Origin: Ruditapes philippinarum
Lineage: Eukaryota
Assembly: GCF_026571515.1 (NCBI RefSeq)
Contig: NW_026853239.1
Span: 1 to 64,000, forward strand
Length of the DNA: 64,000 nt
Direction: 5' to 3'
Shown: piece by piece, positions 1 to 15,000 of the stretch
Numbering within the stretch: the stretch's first letter is position 1
Layout of the letters: every line of letters begins with the position of its first letter
Notes under the pieces: model-generated
What the model was told of the DNA's origin: nothing
Database searches by the model: none
What the model saw: the letters and a program-made list of their open reading frames with translations, nothing else
Made by a program: the position numbers and the translations under genes

Positions 1-1458
1 TTAAAAAAAAATGGAATACCCCAAAGTTCCTTCAGTATATAAGGATTTTCTGGGGTTAAATTTTTTGGCCAAATCGGGGATTTCTACGAAACTCAAAAAA
101 TAAAATTGGAAAAATTTTCTAAAACCATCGCGACGTACAAGTATGAATTTTTATAAAATTCAAATTTTATATGAAATTTTTTTTACGCATTTAATAGAAA
201 AAGATGTTCTTTTGTAAATTTTAGCTACTGTCCCTTTAGGCTGAGAAGTTTGTGAGGGTTTTTTCACCATTTTGAGTACAATACTGAATCTATTGGGCTT
301 ATATATAAAGGTGTGAATAAGTTTGAAGGATTTTTGGGTCTGGGGAAATGAAAAGGGGTTAATTAAAAGATCCCCCAAAAATGATTTTTTTAAAAAACAG
401 TGAAAAATCTGAAATTGTTGGGGATATTTTAAGTGGGAAAACATTTTACTATATCTGTTAATTGTTAGCTTTCAAAGGGGTTCCTCAGTACAGGGTTTAA
501 AAGTCCTCTCGTTTCGACGTCTCTCGAATTTCACCAAAAGGCCCGATTTACAGTGTTCCCCCATTATTTGAACGAAATTTTGGGGGGGTACATGTTGTAA
601 TTACGTAAAATTAAATAATGTAACAAAAACCCTTAGAAAACTCAAAATCTAAAAAAAAGTTCGGCTTGGTTTGATTAACCCGTTTTTGGGCAATGGTGTA
701 ATTTCAACTACCCTCCACCCCCCAGCCCGGCTGAAAACAGTAGTTGTATTTGAAAAAAAATCGCAAAAAAAAGAAATTTAAAAAGGGGGAAAAAATTTTT
801 AACAGGGATCTTTATTTTGAAAAAGAATAAATATTATTGGTAGTTTTTTTATCCATTTTCCCAATAAAGAAAAAATTAAATAGGGTTAAAATCTAATTTT
901 TTACAGGGATTTTTTTTTTTAAATTTTTAAACATATCAGTAAATTTTAATTTAAGGAAAAAAAACTATTAAGTATTATTAGTAATTTAACAATGCCATTA
1001 TTCCCTTTTAATAAACAGATGTTTTATGAATACAAATTTTTCATAATCAAAAAATATTAAAAAAATAACCCCCATATTAAAATAACATGTTTTATAAAAA
1101 AATTATAAAAAAAAACTATTGTTGTGCAATTTAAGCTTCAGCCCAGATGGTCAAAAATTTCAAGAAAAACAATTTTAAAAAAGTGTCTAAGGTATAGGGA
1201 AAAAAAAGTTTCAAGTTCAAATAATATTTTTCAATATTCGATTTTTGCCGTTTTTTTCAGTTTTCAAAAAAATTTTACTTGCGTTTCTTTAAAGGGGATT
1301 TTGCATTTTTGCACTTTTTGGGATTTTCGTGATTTTGCAAGGCCCTAATAATGGGTTAATTGTTTCCTTTTTGGTTACTTCCAATTCCAATTAAATACAT
1401 GTATATTTTAAAAACTTTCATGAAAATTAGCATGAATTTGGAGGCGTAATGATTTTAG

Positions 1459-2048
1459 GCTTTCCAGCAGAGACAACTTACATTATTTACGAGAACTTAC
1501 AGTGGTATTTTGTCTAGGAAGTTCACAAGTATGACCTGCAGCTTGACCTCAGTATCAAACGAAGGCAGCTCAATCTGGCCGAAGAAACTGCAAAGAGAGT
1601 TTTAGATGTTATCATTTTAACAACACAATAACAACAACAAGCACTTTAAGTAAGGTCTTGCTCACTTTTAATTTAGAGCTATAAAATCATTATTACATGT
1701 AGGACTTTGATTGTCCTAAAATGTAGATACAAAAAGCCTATATACATGTTCATACTCCCATTATTAGGAATGTTTACTCATAATTATAAAATAACCTTAT
1801 TCTAGCTTTGTTTCTGTTAATTAGGTTTCTTTTCTTTTTTTAAAAAAAAGCAATTTTATTTCTCTAAATAAGATATTAAAACTTATAATTAGGACATATA
1901 AATCAGTTTCTAGTTAAAACTTCACTACACAGTGAGGATATATGTACAACGATTTTCCAGATTTACTGGTGCAGGAAAATTGATGCCACATTATGCAGGA
2001 ACCTGAGTATAAAATCCTAACTTCCTGGCGAGATTGCAGTACTCAGCG
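1459..2048 (+). CDS. Possible exon fragments (1459-1649, 1961-2048) of an unidentified plus-strand gene in error-rich sequence
   Basis: ttttag|...|gtaagg and ttccag|...|gtgagc boundaries with coding-like composition (FPAETTYIIYENLQWYFV*EVHKYDLQLDLSIKRRQLNLAEETAKRVL), but they contain stops. Confidence 0.3.
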
Positions 2049-3327
2049 GTGAGCGTGCAAAATCGGGATGAATTTGTAAAAAAAACGCAAAGAAAAAAAG
2101 TACGTATACCCTACGGCTGGCATATCCATTGATGCTTGTTAATCTTTGCTACTCATTTTTTTCCGAAAACGGAAAAGCCAAAAAAGCGGGCGAAACTAGA
2201 GACTGACATGTATTAAGTGATGATAAGAACTTAAAGGCCAGTAACGGGAAATAAAGGGGACAAGTAGTGGAGGAAAAAAGAAAACATTATAATTCATTTT
2301 TCTCGTGCTCTAAAACGAAAAATCATTAAAAAAAAATTTAAAAATTTAATTACTTTATTAATAAGTCGATCTTTTAAAAAATGAGAGAGAGGGTACCTTG
2401 AAGAAAAATTAAGAGCAAAGGAAGTAACTATGCGTTGAGAACCGAAAGTAAGGGGTTTTTTTTTATGAATTTTAATTGCATTTTGATTATTTATTTATTT
2501 TGTGTGAAGATAATAAAAAATGAGTGTGAAAAAGTGTTTACTTCTTGGTTTATTTTTATTACGAAAATACGAGGCGGGGGTTGGCAAAACATGCAATTTT
2601 GTGAAACTAGGGTTTTCAGAAATTTAAAAAAAGGACAAATTCTTTGATAAAATATATAGTTTAAAATTTTAGTGTTCTGGATCCGTGGGATACTCTTTTT
2701 ATTACTCGCTTGTATGAAAAAGAAAATTTTTAGATTTTAATTTATACTTTTTAAATTAAAATTAATCATTGCCCCGATTTTTTTCAAACTTTGCATTTTT
2801 CATTTAAAAAATATATGTTGCAGAACCTTGCCCAAAAAGACATATTTTATGTTAACCCATTTTTTTTTAGTATGTCTGCAGCATGCGATATGTAGCTGAC
2901 CCTATGCTTAAAACTGTACTAAAAATTTTACAGGGTTGTTTTTCCCCTTTCCCGGACCTTTAAAGACGCACCATCTTTTTCTATCTGTGTTCTTCAACGA
3001 AGTTTCATTTAAAAAAATAGGTAATAAAATGTTAAGAATTTTTTCGTTCAGAGTGGTTTTTTCTATTGAATTTTAACTAAAAATTTTTATCATTTTAAAA
3101 AGATAATTTTCGAAGTTACTTTTTCCAATTTTATAAAATTGGTATAAGTCTAAAATAGACTTATATTTCTGCATCCTCATCCGTGGTACAAAGAATAAAA
3201 AACATTTTCACATACGTTGTCTTTGGTTTAACCAATTATAATTTGGTTTTTAAAAAGAATATATTTTTAAGTACTTTGGTTTTTAAACAAATATTGGTTT
3301 TTAAATATTTTTTTTATTATTAATATC

Positions 3328-3868
3328 ATTTTTATACCCCCAAAAACGATCGGTCGGTCCAGCGGTTCGTTGTATTTTTCTTGTCCGGAGCTTAACTTGA
3401 AGACTAATGGTTTGAATTCAGTATAACTTCATACAATGGTCAAGCACATTGAGAGGAAGTGCAGTGCACAAGAACCAAACTGACTCCATCTTGACTAATT
3501 ACAGAGTTATTGCCCTTTGTTATTTTTCCTTGTCCGTAGCATAACTTGACACTTACTGGTTATCAACTCGAACAACTGGATACAATTGTCAAGCACTATA
3601 AGCAAAGTGCAGTTCACAAGAACCATAACTCTATCTAAAGTAATTACAGAGTTATTGCCCTTCGTTATTTTTTTCCATTGCTTTCTTTTGTCCGGACTAT
3701 AAACTTGAAGATTAGTAGTTGGAATTCAATATAACTTCATACAATGGTCAAGCACATTGAGAGGAAGTGCAGTGCACAAGAACCATACCTCCATTTTGAC
3801 TAATTACAGAGTAACTACCCTTTGTTACTTTTCCTTGCCCGGAGCATAACTTGAAAACTACTGGTTGG
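3328..3868 (-). mobile_element. HINE-like element, ~3.3 x 150-bp core repeats, truncated
   Basis: TTTTTATACCCC start, GGTC microsatellite, CTTGTCCGGAGCATAACTTGA units at ~3380/3529/3687/3834. Confidence 0.7.
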
Positions 3869-3869
3869 A

Positions 3870-4420
3870 GAGGGAGTGGAAAGGTCAATCAACGACGAAT
3901 TTAGGATCCAACAGAATTTAATTTCATCTACTTATGATTCTTTACATTACTTTTTTGCGTTTTACTTCTGCATTAACAGACACCACGAATTTAAGAACAA
4001 GCAAAACTGTCCATTTTTAACAATGCTACAAAAGTCCATGAACGCAAAATAATTTGAATTCACATGCTGATAGAAGCTAAATCACACAATAAAAACTGAC
4101 TCCTTACTGTAAAAGTAATTTTTAAAGCAACTTGTGTCGTCAGAAAATTTTATTACAATCAAAAGAATAAAGTTGTTGTTTTTATTATTGTTGTTTGATC
4201 TGAATATCTTCAATAGATGGCTTTTTCCTTTTGAAGCAGTTTTTGTGAGTTTTTTATTGTTGTTGTTGTTGTTTGTTTTGTTTCGTTTTTTTTCCATCGG
4301 GAATTATATAAATATGATACCTATGTCAAATGAATTAAAACCAGTCCTTTCTTCCCAAAAAATATTGCCTATGTATTGTCAATTATTTTAGAAAATGTAA
4401 AAACACTTTCAATGAAAATT
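3870..4420 (+). mobile_element. TE fragment homologous to 55810-56346
   Basis: Colinear alignment over ~540 bp. Confidence 0.75.
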
Positions 4421-5874
4421 TTTCAACAAAAAGGAAAAACATTTGAACGGGGCCAAAAATTTTTTAAAACAGGAGCTGTCCCCGGGCTTTTTTTCTTCCT
4501 TTTGCCCGCCCAACGATTTTTTCACCATACCATTAAAACTTAAAAATTTGGAAAAATTATAAAACCTGAAATATTTATTTTATATCTGTAAAAAAGGGGG
4601 GAAAAATTAAACTTTTTACTATTTTAATAAAAAAATCTGAAAATTTTGTACATGATAGCGCTATAAAACATGCCGTTAGGGTGTTCGTAAAATAGGACGA
4701 AAAAGACTTTAAACGGACAAATAACGCGCAAGTACCCAAACAGCCCCCTTAATATTTTAATGTTTTTCTTTTTTCAATTATTTGAGTTTTTATTTTTTTA
4801 TTTTTTTGTTTAAGCAAATTTCTATGTCATGGGGCGGAGTTTCAAATTCAACTCGAAAATTTTTGCTTTTAAATTTCATTAAAACGGTTTTCTGGCCTTT
4901 AAAAAGAAAAAAAAATTATTTTTTTTAATTAAAACGATCTTTAATATTATCATTTTTCTTTGTAACTTATTTTTTTAATTTTTTTAAAAAATTCTTTTGA
5001 TTTAAAAAACCGGCTCCCAAAAACCAAAAGCATAAAAAAAGTGAATTTTTACATGGGTCGATGGGACCAAAAAAAGGAAAAGGATGCAAAGTCAAATTTT
5101 CCAAATTAAAAAAGTAAATCTTTTTTTTTGTTCGAGTCATAGCCCAAAATTGAGTTTTTAAAAAACGTAAAGTAAAAAAATCTTCGTAAAAGTGAGCTAA
5201 ATCAAAATTTTTATTAAAGTCATATACCGGTCGGTCGATTTTAAAAAATCAAAAAAACAAACAAAGAACCAACTTTCCTATCGCTCTGTCTTACTTTAAT
5301 CTTTATATCATATAAAAAAACTGCACGTTTTTCCATTTTTCCCTCCCTACTAATAATACATTTTAAACAAATTGAACGTCCTAAGTTAAGCATAAAATAT
5401 ACTTTGTAAGTAAAGCATTCTTTTAATCTAGATTTCTTTAAAAATATAAGGATTTTATATTTTTTTTCCTTCTTATTCCTGTATGTGGAGACGTTTTTAT
5501 CAATCGTTTGATTTTGTCTTTCCCCTATAAAAAGAGAAACCAGAATCCCTAAAGAAAGCCAAACACGGCAAAATTGAAAATGTTGCAGGCTCGGTTTGAT
5601 TGAGCCTTTTCATGGACAGTAATGGTAATTGCAAACTGCCGTCCACGCAATTAGTTAATTATTACATGTCTCAGTATTTTGTATACATTTATAAGATATC
5701 AAGTAAAATAATCTGGAAAAGATCCTTCGGGAGCAATAAGAAGCAAAAGGATATTAAGCCCAAACTGAAAACAAAACCGGGTTACCTATATAAACCTTAT
5801 AGAAAATATACGACACATCGTGTCTAATATAGGAAACTCTGTTTATTTAAGCATGATTATAAAAAAAGAGTGTA

Positions 5875-6015
5875 GTTTATCTGAATAACTATCGATTCCA
5901 CGTCCTGGAACAAGCAAATACTAGGAAACACGGTCGTGCCCCATATAGGGCTCGAGCCCATGATCCCTAGGTTGACAGGCAGACACCTTAGCCACAAGGC
6001 TACCGCTCCTACCGA
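5875..6015 (-). mobile_element. tRNA-derived SINE fragment
   Basis: Minus strand TAGCCTTGTGGCTAAGG (A box), GGGCTCGAGCCC (B box), TTCCAGGA core. Confidence 0.65.
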
Positions 6016-6031
6016 ACTTATTGTGTCTTAC

Positions 6032-9000
6032 CTTCGCCTTCTTTTTATTTCTCTTTACTTTAATAACCACGCCCAGATTTACGTTGCCATCAGTGTTTTT
6101 CCAGTCCTTTCCTTTAAACATTTAACTTAAAATGTTATAGCAATAAAAGTGATAACCAAATATTTTTATTCCAAACAAAAAGTAAATATTTTGTTCCAAA
6201 CAGCATATTATAAAAAATATTTTCTAATTTTCTTCTTAGCCAATCATTTTTGATTCATAGTATATCTAATAAGTCAAGTTCTATAATTTCTGGATTTGCA
6301 CAACCCAAAAATACGCAAAACAATATTTGACAACAACAGTTATAACATTAGATATAAAAAATTTTGACAGGTTATATGGCCCTATAGAAACAGTTTTTAT
6401 TACAAACAACCGTTTATATTCAGCAATATCATCTGTCCAAAAACTTTATAACGAATTTATAACACTGCAAACTTCATTCTTTAAAGGGAAAAGTCTTCAT
6501 AAATTGACCGCAGTCGTGTATATTATTAGTTATAAAGATTGTTGACATGTTATATGACCCTATATAAACGGTTGTTTGTAAATATAACCCGAGCCGCCAG
6601 GTAAGGGTTATATTGCAAAAAATCGTTTATATTCTGCCATATAACCTGTCAGACATATTTATAACGAATTTATAATACTGCAAACTTCCTTTTTAGAGAA
6701 AAAAGTGAGATTTCTATATAAATGGACAGCAGTCGTGTATATAAAACTATATAAACGTCAAGAATATCCAATGAAAAGTGACGTTACAAACGGACAGTAT
6801 TATAAAATGTAATAATAAACGTCAAGGTTATCCAATGAAAAGCGTGCAGTATTATGAAATGTTATAATAAACGTCACGATTATCCAATGAAAAGTGACGT
6901 TACAAACGGGCAGTATTATAAACGTCAAGATTATCCAATGAAAAGTGACGTTACAAACGGGCAGTATTATAAAATGTTATAATAAAGATATGTACCAGGT
7001 ACTACTTTACAACCAACTGCTATTTTCTCCCCTGGTTTAAGTTTTCTGGGTTCATCCACAATAAGTACGTCATATCCTAGAGGCCCATACATATAAACAT
7101 TTTGGTTTTCATCTGCATCCCATTCTATCCAAAGCTGTTGATCTTTAATAGGAAGAAATAAAACAAAGCGCATTGATACATCACTCATATTATAGTATGT
7201 TATATATTTGTAGCATTTACAGACTAAAGGCATAGAGAACATAGCAAGCAAATGAAATATGAGACAGGTAGTGTCAATTGATTTATAAATTGTTTGGTCA
7301 AGATAACCTTTCTATAAATGTCCCTTGCCCTCAATAGTGAAATATGAAATTAGGCAAAGCCTATGAACGGGGAAGTCTGTTAAAAAGTTAATTTTTCCGT
7401 ATTAAAAGTGTCATTCGGTATTATATAAACCGCTTCCGTTTTCACTCGGAATACTGAGTATTATTTATCCGAAAAGTTGCGATTGTCTGTTACCGGAATA
7501 TCCCGCGTATTATCATTGAATAACATTGAAAATGGCGCCGCCCGACTAGAACTGACACTGAAAATTTCATTGATAGGTATAGAATTTTATGTATTCTTTA
7601 ATTGTTTTTATTTGATTTTCTTTTAAATATACACATGTAGTCTATAGCCGGGCAAGTCAAAGCCCGGGCCCGCTTTAAAAGTCTATATTCCCCTTATGGC
7701 TGAGGGGTCACCTTTAATTGTTGAGGCTTAAGAAAAGCAGTCACTGTTTATCCCTGCGTGACCATAAGAGTACGCTCCCTTCGCAGCTTACTGAATGCAC
7801 TCACGCTTATTGAAACATTCGACCGATGCGCAGGAGAGTACAATAAGAGGTGACTAAACGGGTTTGAAGAACTGGAGTCTATGCATCTCTTAGCTACCGC
7901 AGATGAGGTGGTTTTGACCCATTGTGTTGTTTTAAAGTTTGTAACTCCTGAGATTTGCCAAAATCATCTTTACTTTTTCGGCTCAATATGACCCATTCAT
8001 TTTTACTGTGTCGGTGCACCGTAACCGAACAGTCAAACAAAAACTAGTCTAAAAATCAAAAGCAATAAAATGCTTTTATACTATTTAATACTTTTATACT
8101 TTTAATTTTTGTAGTTGGGGTTTACGTCCACCAACACACTAAAGGTCATGTGGCGACTTTCAAACTTTACTGATAGATAAAGACCTAAAGTGCCCCTCCG
8201 TGCATGATTTTAGTTATAAGGGGTTATATTAAAGGCACTCCACTTCCGTCAAAAAGTCTAAAAACATATAATTTGAATTTCTTACATAGATCAACTGGAA
8301 AACAAAACCGTTCCAACGCTTTTCAATTTTGGGTAATTTGGCACAATTAGATTTATTATTTTGGAGCAAATGATCTGAAATTTTGCACACACGCTTTTGG
8401 TCTAGACCTACATCAAATCGAATATTAAACCTCGAAAAAAATTATTTTCAGTTCCTTCAGAACAATGTAGAACTGATCTGTTTGACTTACCGTTATCAGC
8501 ATGCCCTATGACCGTTCCAGGGCCATTGCTATCTTGCTGTCTATAATGCCAGTCCGGACCTCTCCGTACTCGGCTGCCAATCGGAGGCAATGTCTTGCTT
8601 TTGGATTCGTGATAAGTATCTCTGTCGGGCCTATTTGATGTTCTGGCATTTTCATCATAATGTCGTTTGGCACTTTTCTGTATATTCATCAGATCTTCCT
8701 ATAGAAAATGAATATATAATTGTTTTACTAAAGCCTTTTACATTCTTCCATACTTTAGTGGCGACATATACGAATAACACAATTTGACCATTTCTACCGG
8801 TACACCGCCTGCTCTAAGCCAATCAGAATGGGGAATTTAATATCACATGATTAAAAATGGCCGACAAAAGATCTCAAAAACGGGGCGCCTACGGGGCACG
8901 CTATCTGCCACGTTTTTGACGGGTTACCTATGTTTTGAATTGTAATACTAACTTCATACACGAAGCTCGAAACCAGTGTGGTAGGCTCCTGCGGGGTAAA

Positions 9001-12000
9001 GCGTATTCGGAGTATTTTTCATACAGAAAAAAACATTTACTCTATTGTTCAGGAATGAGTCTATATGATGAAATGTTTTTCGAATACTCGGCTGAACGGC
9101 TAGTAATAGCATTTTTGGAAAGGATAATTCTTTTAACATTTAAACGAGCCGCCATATTGGTATCCTCAAATTCTGATGTCACAGTAGAAAACACACTCTC
9201 ACGCCACTAGAAATAGACCTGCAGACAGCGGGCGAAAGTATCTCCGGCGTTTTATTACGATATCGCCAGACGCCAGACATTAGTCGATATTTACCGATTC
9301 ATAGAGAAAAAACATTGGCGTGTAAAAGTAAAATATTATGAAGGGAACAAAGACAGTAATTTACACATTGGTAGCGGCCAAAAGGAGCACAAAATATGCA
9401 ACAATAGCCTTTACTGTGTTAGTCAAGCAGCAGAAAGATGGTAATAAATACTGTAACATCAGTCATTAATATTGAATCCTTTTCACTTTTATTAAAACCT
9501 TGGAACATTTTTCTCAAGTTTAATTTTCTTGAATTATTTTGAAACATCTGGGATTATGCAGCTTTAAAAAATAGCTTTACAGATGGTAGTCGTCATATGT
9601 CCTACCATATCAAACGTGTTAAAGATTTAGACATTCTTAATGGGATTGGCTGTAGTATATTGAATTTCAAAAGAATCTTCGTAAAGGTGACAGACTTTAC
9701 CAATGAATTATTTTGGCGCATCTCGGGACATGCAGCTTTACCATAGAATGTTCGAAAAATAGCTTTGCCGACGGTAGTCGTTATATGTCCTACCATATCA
9801 AACATGTTAAAGATTTAGACATTCTAAATGGCTATAATATATTGAACTTTAAAACTCTCTTCGTAAAGATGACGAACTTAACCGAAGTCGGATCGAATAT
9901 TCAAATGCCGAATGTAATGTTTGCATAACTGGAACGCCAGTAAGATTGGACATTACATGAACATCAAAAAGTATCATATAAAAACATTAATATGCAAACA
10001 ATAACGGTATTAATGTGTCTAAACGGTTCCAACAGAGTCTAGGTGTCTGTTGTATTGATAATTACCTTATCTTCGCTGGAAAGGTCATAATCAGAACCAC
10101 GTGTCTGCGTGCCAGCAATAAGGCCTAATGGATCTAGCAAGCGTGTCTGAAATTTAAAAATAATTGAGTCACGACAAAAATGATCTTCAAATACGTTTTA
10201 AAAAATCAGTTAGTATCTCAATTATGAATAATGATCAAAAATCAAAAAATGATAATAGTAATATATGAGTAAAAGAGTAACAAGGAAAAGCGGTATGTAA
10301 GAAACGCTGCCGGATAACATTGAAATGGCAAAACATTGTTACCCTTGAGGTCGTACAACACCGCAAAGTAATAAACAAGAGGGCCATGATGGCCCTAGAT
10401 CGCTCACCTGACCCATCAAACTCATCCGAACAATTACCTAGACAAGCATTATGACCAAGTTTCATGACAGGTGAGTCAAAACAGTAGCCACTAGAGTGTT
10501 AACAAGATGTTTCTATTTTTAGCTCATGTGACCTAGTTTTTCATCGAGATGACCCATGTTCGAACTCATCCGAGCAATGACCTAGACAAGCATCAAAACA
10601 AACTTTCAGACCAATTAACAGGATATTTGGATCACAAAAGTAGCCACTAGAGTGTTAACAAGATTTTTCTATTTTTAGCTCCTGTGACCTAGTTTTCTAT
10701 TCGAGATGATCCATGTTCGAACTCATCCGAGCAATTACCAAGACAAGCATCCCGACCAAGTTTGATGACAATTGAGTCAGAAATGTGACCATTGGAGTGT
10801 TAACAAGGTTTTTCTATTTTTAGCTCCTGTGACCTAGTTTTTCATCGAGATGACCCATGTTCGAACTAATTCTTGCAATTACCTAGACAAGCATCCTGAC
10901 CAAGTTTGATGACACTTGAGTCAAAAATGTGACCTCTAGAGTGTTAACAAGGTTTTTGTATTTTTAGCTCCTGTGACCTAGTTTTTCATCCGAGATGACC
11001 GATGTTCAAAATGATTCAAGATTTTACCTAGACAAGCATCCTGACCAAGTTTGATGATGATTGAGTCAAAAATGTGACCGCTAGAGTGTTAACAAGGTTT
11101 TTCTATGTTTAGCTCCGGTAACCTAGTTATTCATTCGGGATGACCCATGTTCGAATTCATGTGAGCTATCACCTACACAAGCATCCTGACCAAGTTTGAT
11201 GATGATTGAGGCAAAAACGTGATCACTAGAGTGTTAACAAAGTTTTTCTATGTTTAGCTCCGGTGACCTAGTTTTTCATCCGAGATGACCCATGTTTCGA
11301 ACTCATTGGAGCTAACACCTAGACACGCATCTTGAACAAGTTTGATGATGATTGAGGCAAAAATGTGACCGCTAGAGTGTTAACAAGGTTTTTCTATTTT
11401 TAGCTCCGGTAACCTAGTTATTCATTCGGGATGACCCATGTTCGAATTCATGTGAGCTATCACCTACACAAGCATCCTGAGCAAGTTTGATGATGATTGA
11501 GGCAAAAACGTGATTACTAGGGTGTTAACAATGTTTTTCTATTTTTAGCTCCGGTGACCTAGTTTTTCATCCGAGATGACCCATGTTTCAAAGTCATTGG
11601 AGCTAACACCTAGACAAGCATCCTGACTAAGTTTGATGATGATTGATTCAAAAATGTGACCGCTAGAGTGTTAACAAGGTTTTTCTATTTTTAGCTCCTG
11701 TGACCTAGTTTTTCATCCGAGATGACCTATGTTCGAACTCATTCGAGCTATTTCCTAGAAAAGTGTCCTGACAAAGTTTGATGATGATTGAGGCAAAAAT
11801 GTGACCGCTAGAGTGTTAACAAGGTTTTTCTATTTTTAGCTCCGGTGACCTAGTTTTTCATCCGAGATGACCCATGTTCATACTCATCCGAGCTATCAAC
11901 TACAGAAGAATGCTGACCAAGTTTGATGATGATTGAGGCAAAACTGTGACAGCTAGAGTGTGAACAAGGTTTTTCTATTTTTAGCTCCTGTGACCTAGTT

Positions 12001-15000
12001 TTTCATCAGAGATGATCCATGTTCAAATTCATTCGAGCTATCAACTAGATAAGCATCCTGACAAAGTTTGATGATGATTGAGGCAAAAATGTGACCGCTA
12101 GAGTGTTAACGAACAAGTGTGGATGGACGACGGACGACAGACGACGGACGACGGACATTCAATGATCCTAAAAGCTCACCCTAAGCAAGCTCAGGTGAGC
12201 TAAAAAGTTGTTGCAGGTTCAGTATTAATGAGCATGGCATGGGCGATAGTGGTGAATGAAATCCGGACAAAATGTGATCCCTGGGAACCATTAATCACGT
12301 CAAGATTACATGAAAATTGCAGATCCGGTTTGCGTGAGTCTGTACATGAGGGAATAATGATTAAGTGCAACATATCCCTCACGCCTTAGCGGTACTCATT
12401 TTTAAACACTTAAAAGTGCTAGGATCAATGATCCTGAAAGGTACTGATGACCACCGAAAAGTTTAGTTGTAATTGTAAGATTTTAGCAATCATAACAGTT
12501 TAATAATATCTGTCATATGTTGCGGAAAGCCTCGTTACCGCCCAATTGGCGGGTTCCCTAGGGACGGATATTACGATCCGAACCGCAAACATATACAAAT
12601 GTATCAGGTACTTTTCTTGCATATTCTACAATATTGCATTATATTTTAAATTCTTTACGTTACTACGTTAATAAAATAATTGTTCATGGAAATTTGTCAT
12701 TTCACCCGGAACTATTTTCTCTCAGCGGAATGAATTATTTCAATCATAACGGTAAAATATCGTCATCTAAAGCGTGCCATTGTACAACACACAACTCATC
12801 CCAGCATGGGTAAAACTAACGGAAATACCAGTTTGATATACAAGAATATATTTTACTGGGCATATAATTACATGTTACACAATATTCATCAATATCTTTA
12901 AATACATACGGTTAAATATTGTCTTCTCGCCAACCTTCTTCCTTGTCTGCAGTCAAGTACCGCACCGTCTGAAATTGCCGCCATTGTCTTGTGAAAATCC
13001 TAAATTCCACAAATATCATACATATTACTGTCTGGACTTTTCATCAATTCAATGAAGAGTTATAGCTTTTTGTCAATATAAGGACGTTAAAGTCAAACAA
13101 TTGTCATATTTGACGTCATTTGTCTCATGAGAATATCGAAACACAATCAATTCTACTAAATGATACTGTTTGAAATGGGATATCCCCCGGGAAAAAGAAA
13201 ATGAAAACAACACATTTACAATAAAATGCAGACTCGGTTAGATTGGGTTTGCTGATAAGTGTTATGGATAAGTGGAAAATCTCTCATGCCCATTTCAAGG
13301 GTTTAACAAATATTTAATCGTCATAAGTCCCGAAAGACTAAAACCTTTATCTCTTCCCTCGGCACGTGCATGTCATGGAAAAGAAAGAATAAACACTTTC
13401 TCTCTTCCCCTCGATACGTGCACGTCGTAGAGAAGGCACAGGACATCGGCCGAAGATTTATAGCTAAGCAAAATGAACTCGTACTCGACAACTGTTTGTG
13501 CCTCAATGGACTGATAGTCCCTCATTTAAAATAGAATACACACATACAAAGACTACACAACTAGACAACGACCCCGAGATATAGTACGGGACAACTTTGT
13601 ACAACGGTTACGTAATACTAGCCAAAGGGAGGTAAAATGACAGGCTGATACGTACCACATCTGAATTACCAACTGGTACAAAAAACAAATCCATATGAGT
13701 TTTCCTTAGTCTTTCCATTTCTTGTAATATCTTTGCTTTCGTCTAAAAAATAAAATGAACAATCCATGATTGGATTTTTTTCTCAGATAGTAATAATATT
13801 AACAGAACAGCTATTGAAAGAGGTTTTATACGGTAGACATTATTCTTGCTTATCAAACAAGTTACCACGCATAGTGTGTTTGTAATCTGAAAAAGGAGCG
13901 TATAACACAAAATCGAAAAATAAATCCGCCGGGCGCAGTTAAAGATGGTCTTTAAATCGTTGAATTTTAAAGAACATGGCAGTCCAAAAGTTTGTTTTTT
14001 TTCCAGTTGTTACTTATCTGATCTAGTAATAAGAAATCATACATGTATAGAGATAATTATATTCATTATTATATTTACGTCATCAACTTTGCTCGAATCT
14101 GCAATATCAGGTCCAGCTATCAAATCGTCTTCTGTTGGTCGACCATCCGTGACAAATATAATCTTCGTAAATATATTAGAACTATTATCGAGGTGTTGTA
14201 TCTGGTCTGCAAAATTGTGAAATTGGAATTTAACTTTCGAATGATATATTTTGATTAATACCGGTACTTCTGTGGATCTTCTGACAGAAAATAAAGTATA
14301 TTATATTGGTGCACTCCCTTTGCTAAATCACAAATTTAATGCAAAATTAAAAGGTCAACCAGCACAGTAAAATTGAAAATACTAAATTATGCCTGTTCAT
14401 GGACGATGTTGGTATATGCAAGTTACCGTCCATGCCTCCCTCCTAGCACCGGCGGAGGCAGAACTTTTTATACGTCGAGAATGATACAGGCATTTATTCC
14501 CTTCGTCAGGTCGGACTGTAAGATTTCCTATGGCAACAATGTTTCTTACATATAACAATCAACAGATACTAAATTCCAAACATACGTTAAATATTGAATA
14601 GTACCATATATGAAAACATTGATAATTGTATCATTACCGCTTTTTAAATCATATTTCAGATGAATTTAAAATATAACACCAGAGGAATTTAGAATATAAT
14701 ACATGTATATAATTCGTGTAAAATATGATATTGAAATATTAACAACTTTTTTTACTTACGTCTACTACACCACGCCGCTGCCAGTGCCATAAGGCATCCA
14801 CCATACATCTGTGTCGGTCCTCCGAGCTTTGTTTCATCTAAAATTAAAATTAAATTTGAATGTTTTGTTTAAATCGGCGTAAATTTATTATTTTCAATAA
14901 ACAAATACGGTCTAAATCCTGATTTTTTGTACACCGACAAATAATCCAATATCTTTATTATTTCGTCTATATCATGATTATGTAATTAAAAATTTACTAA

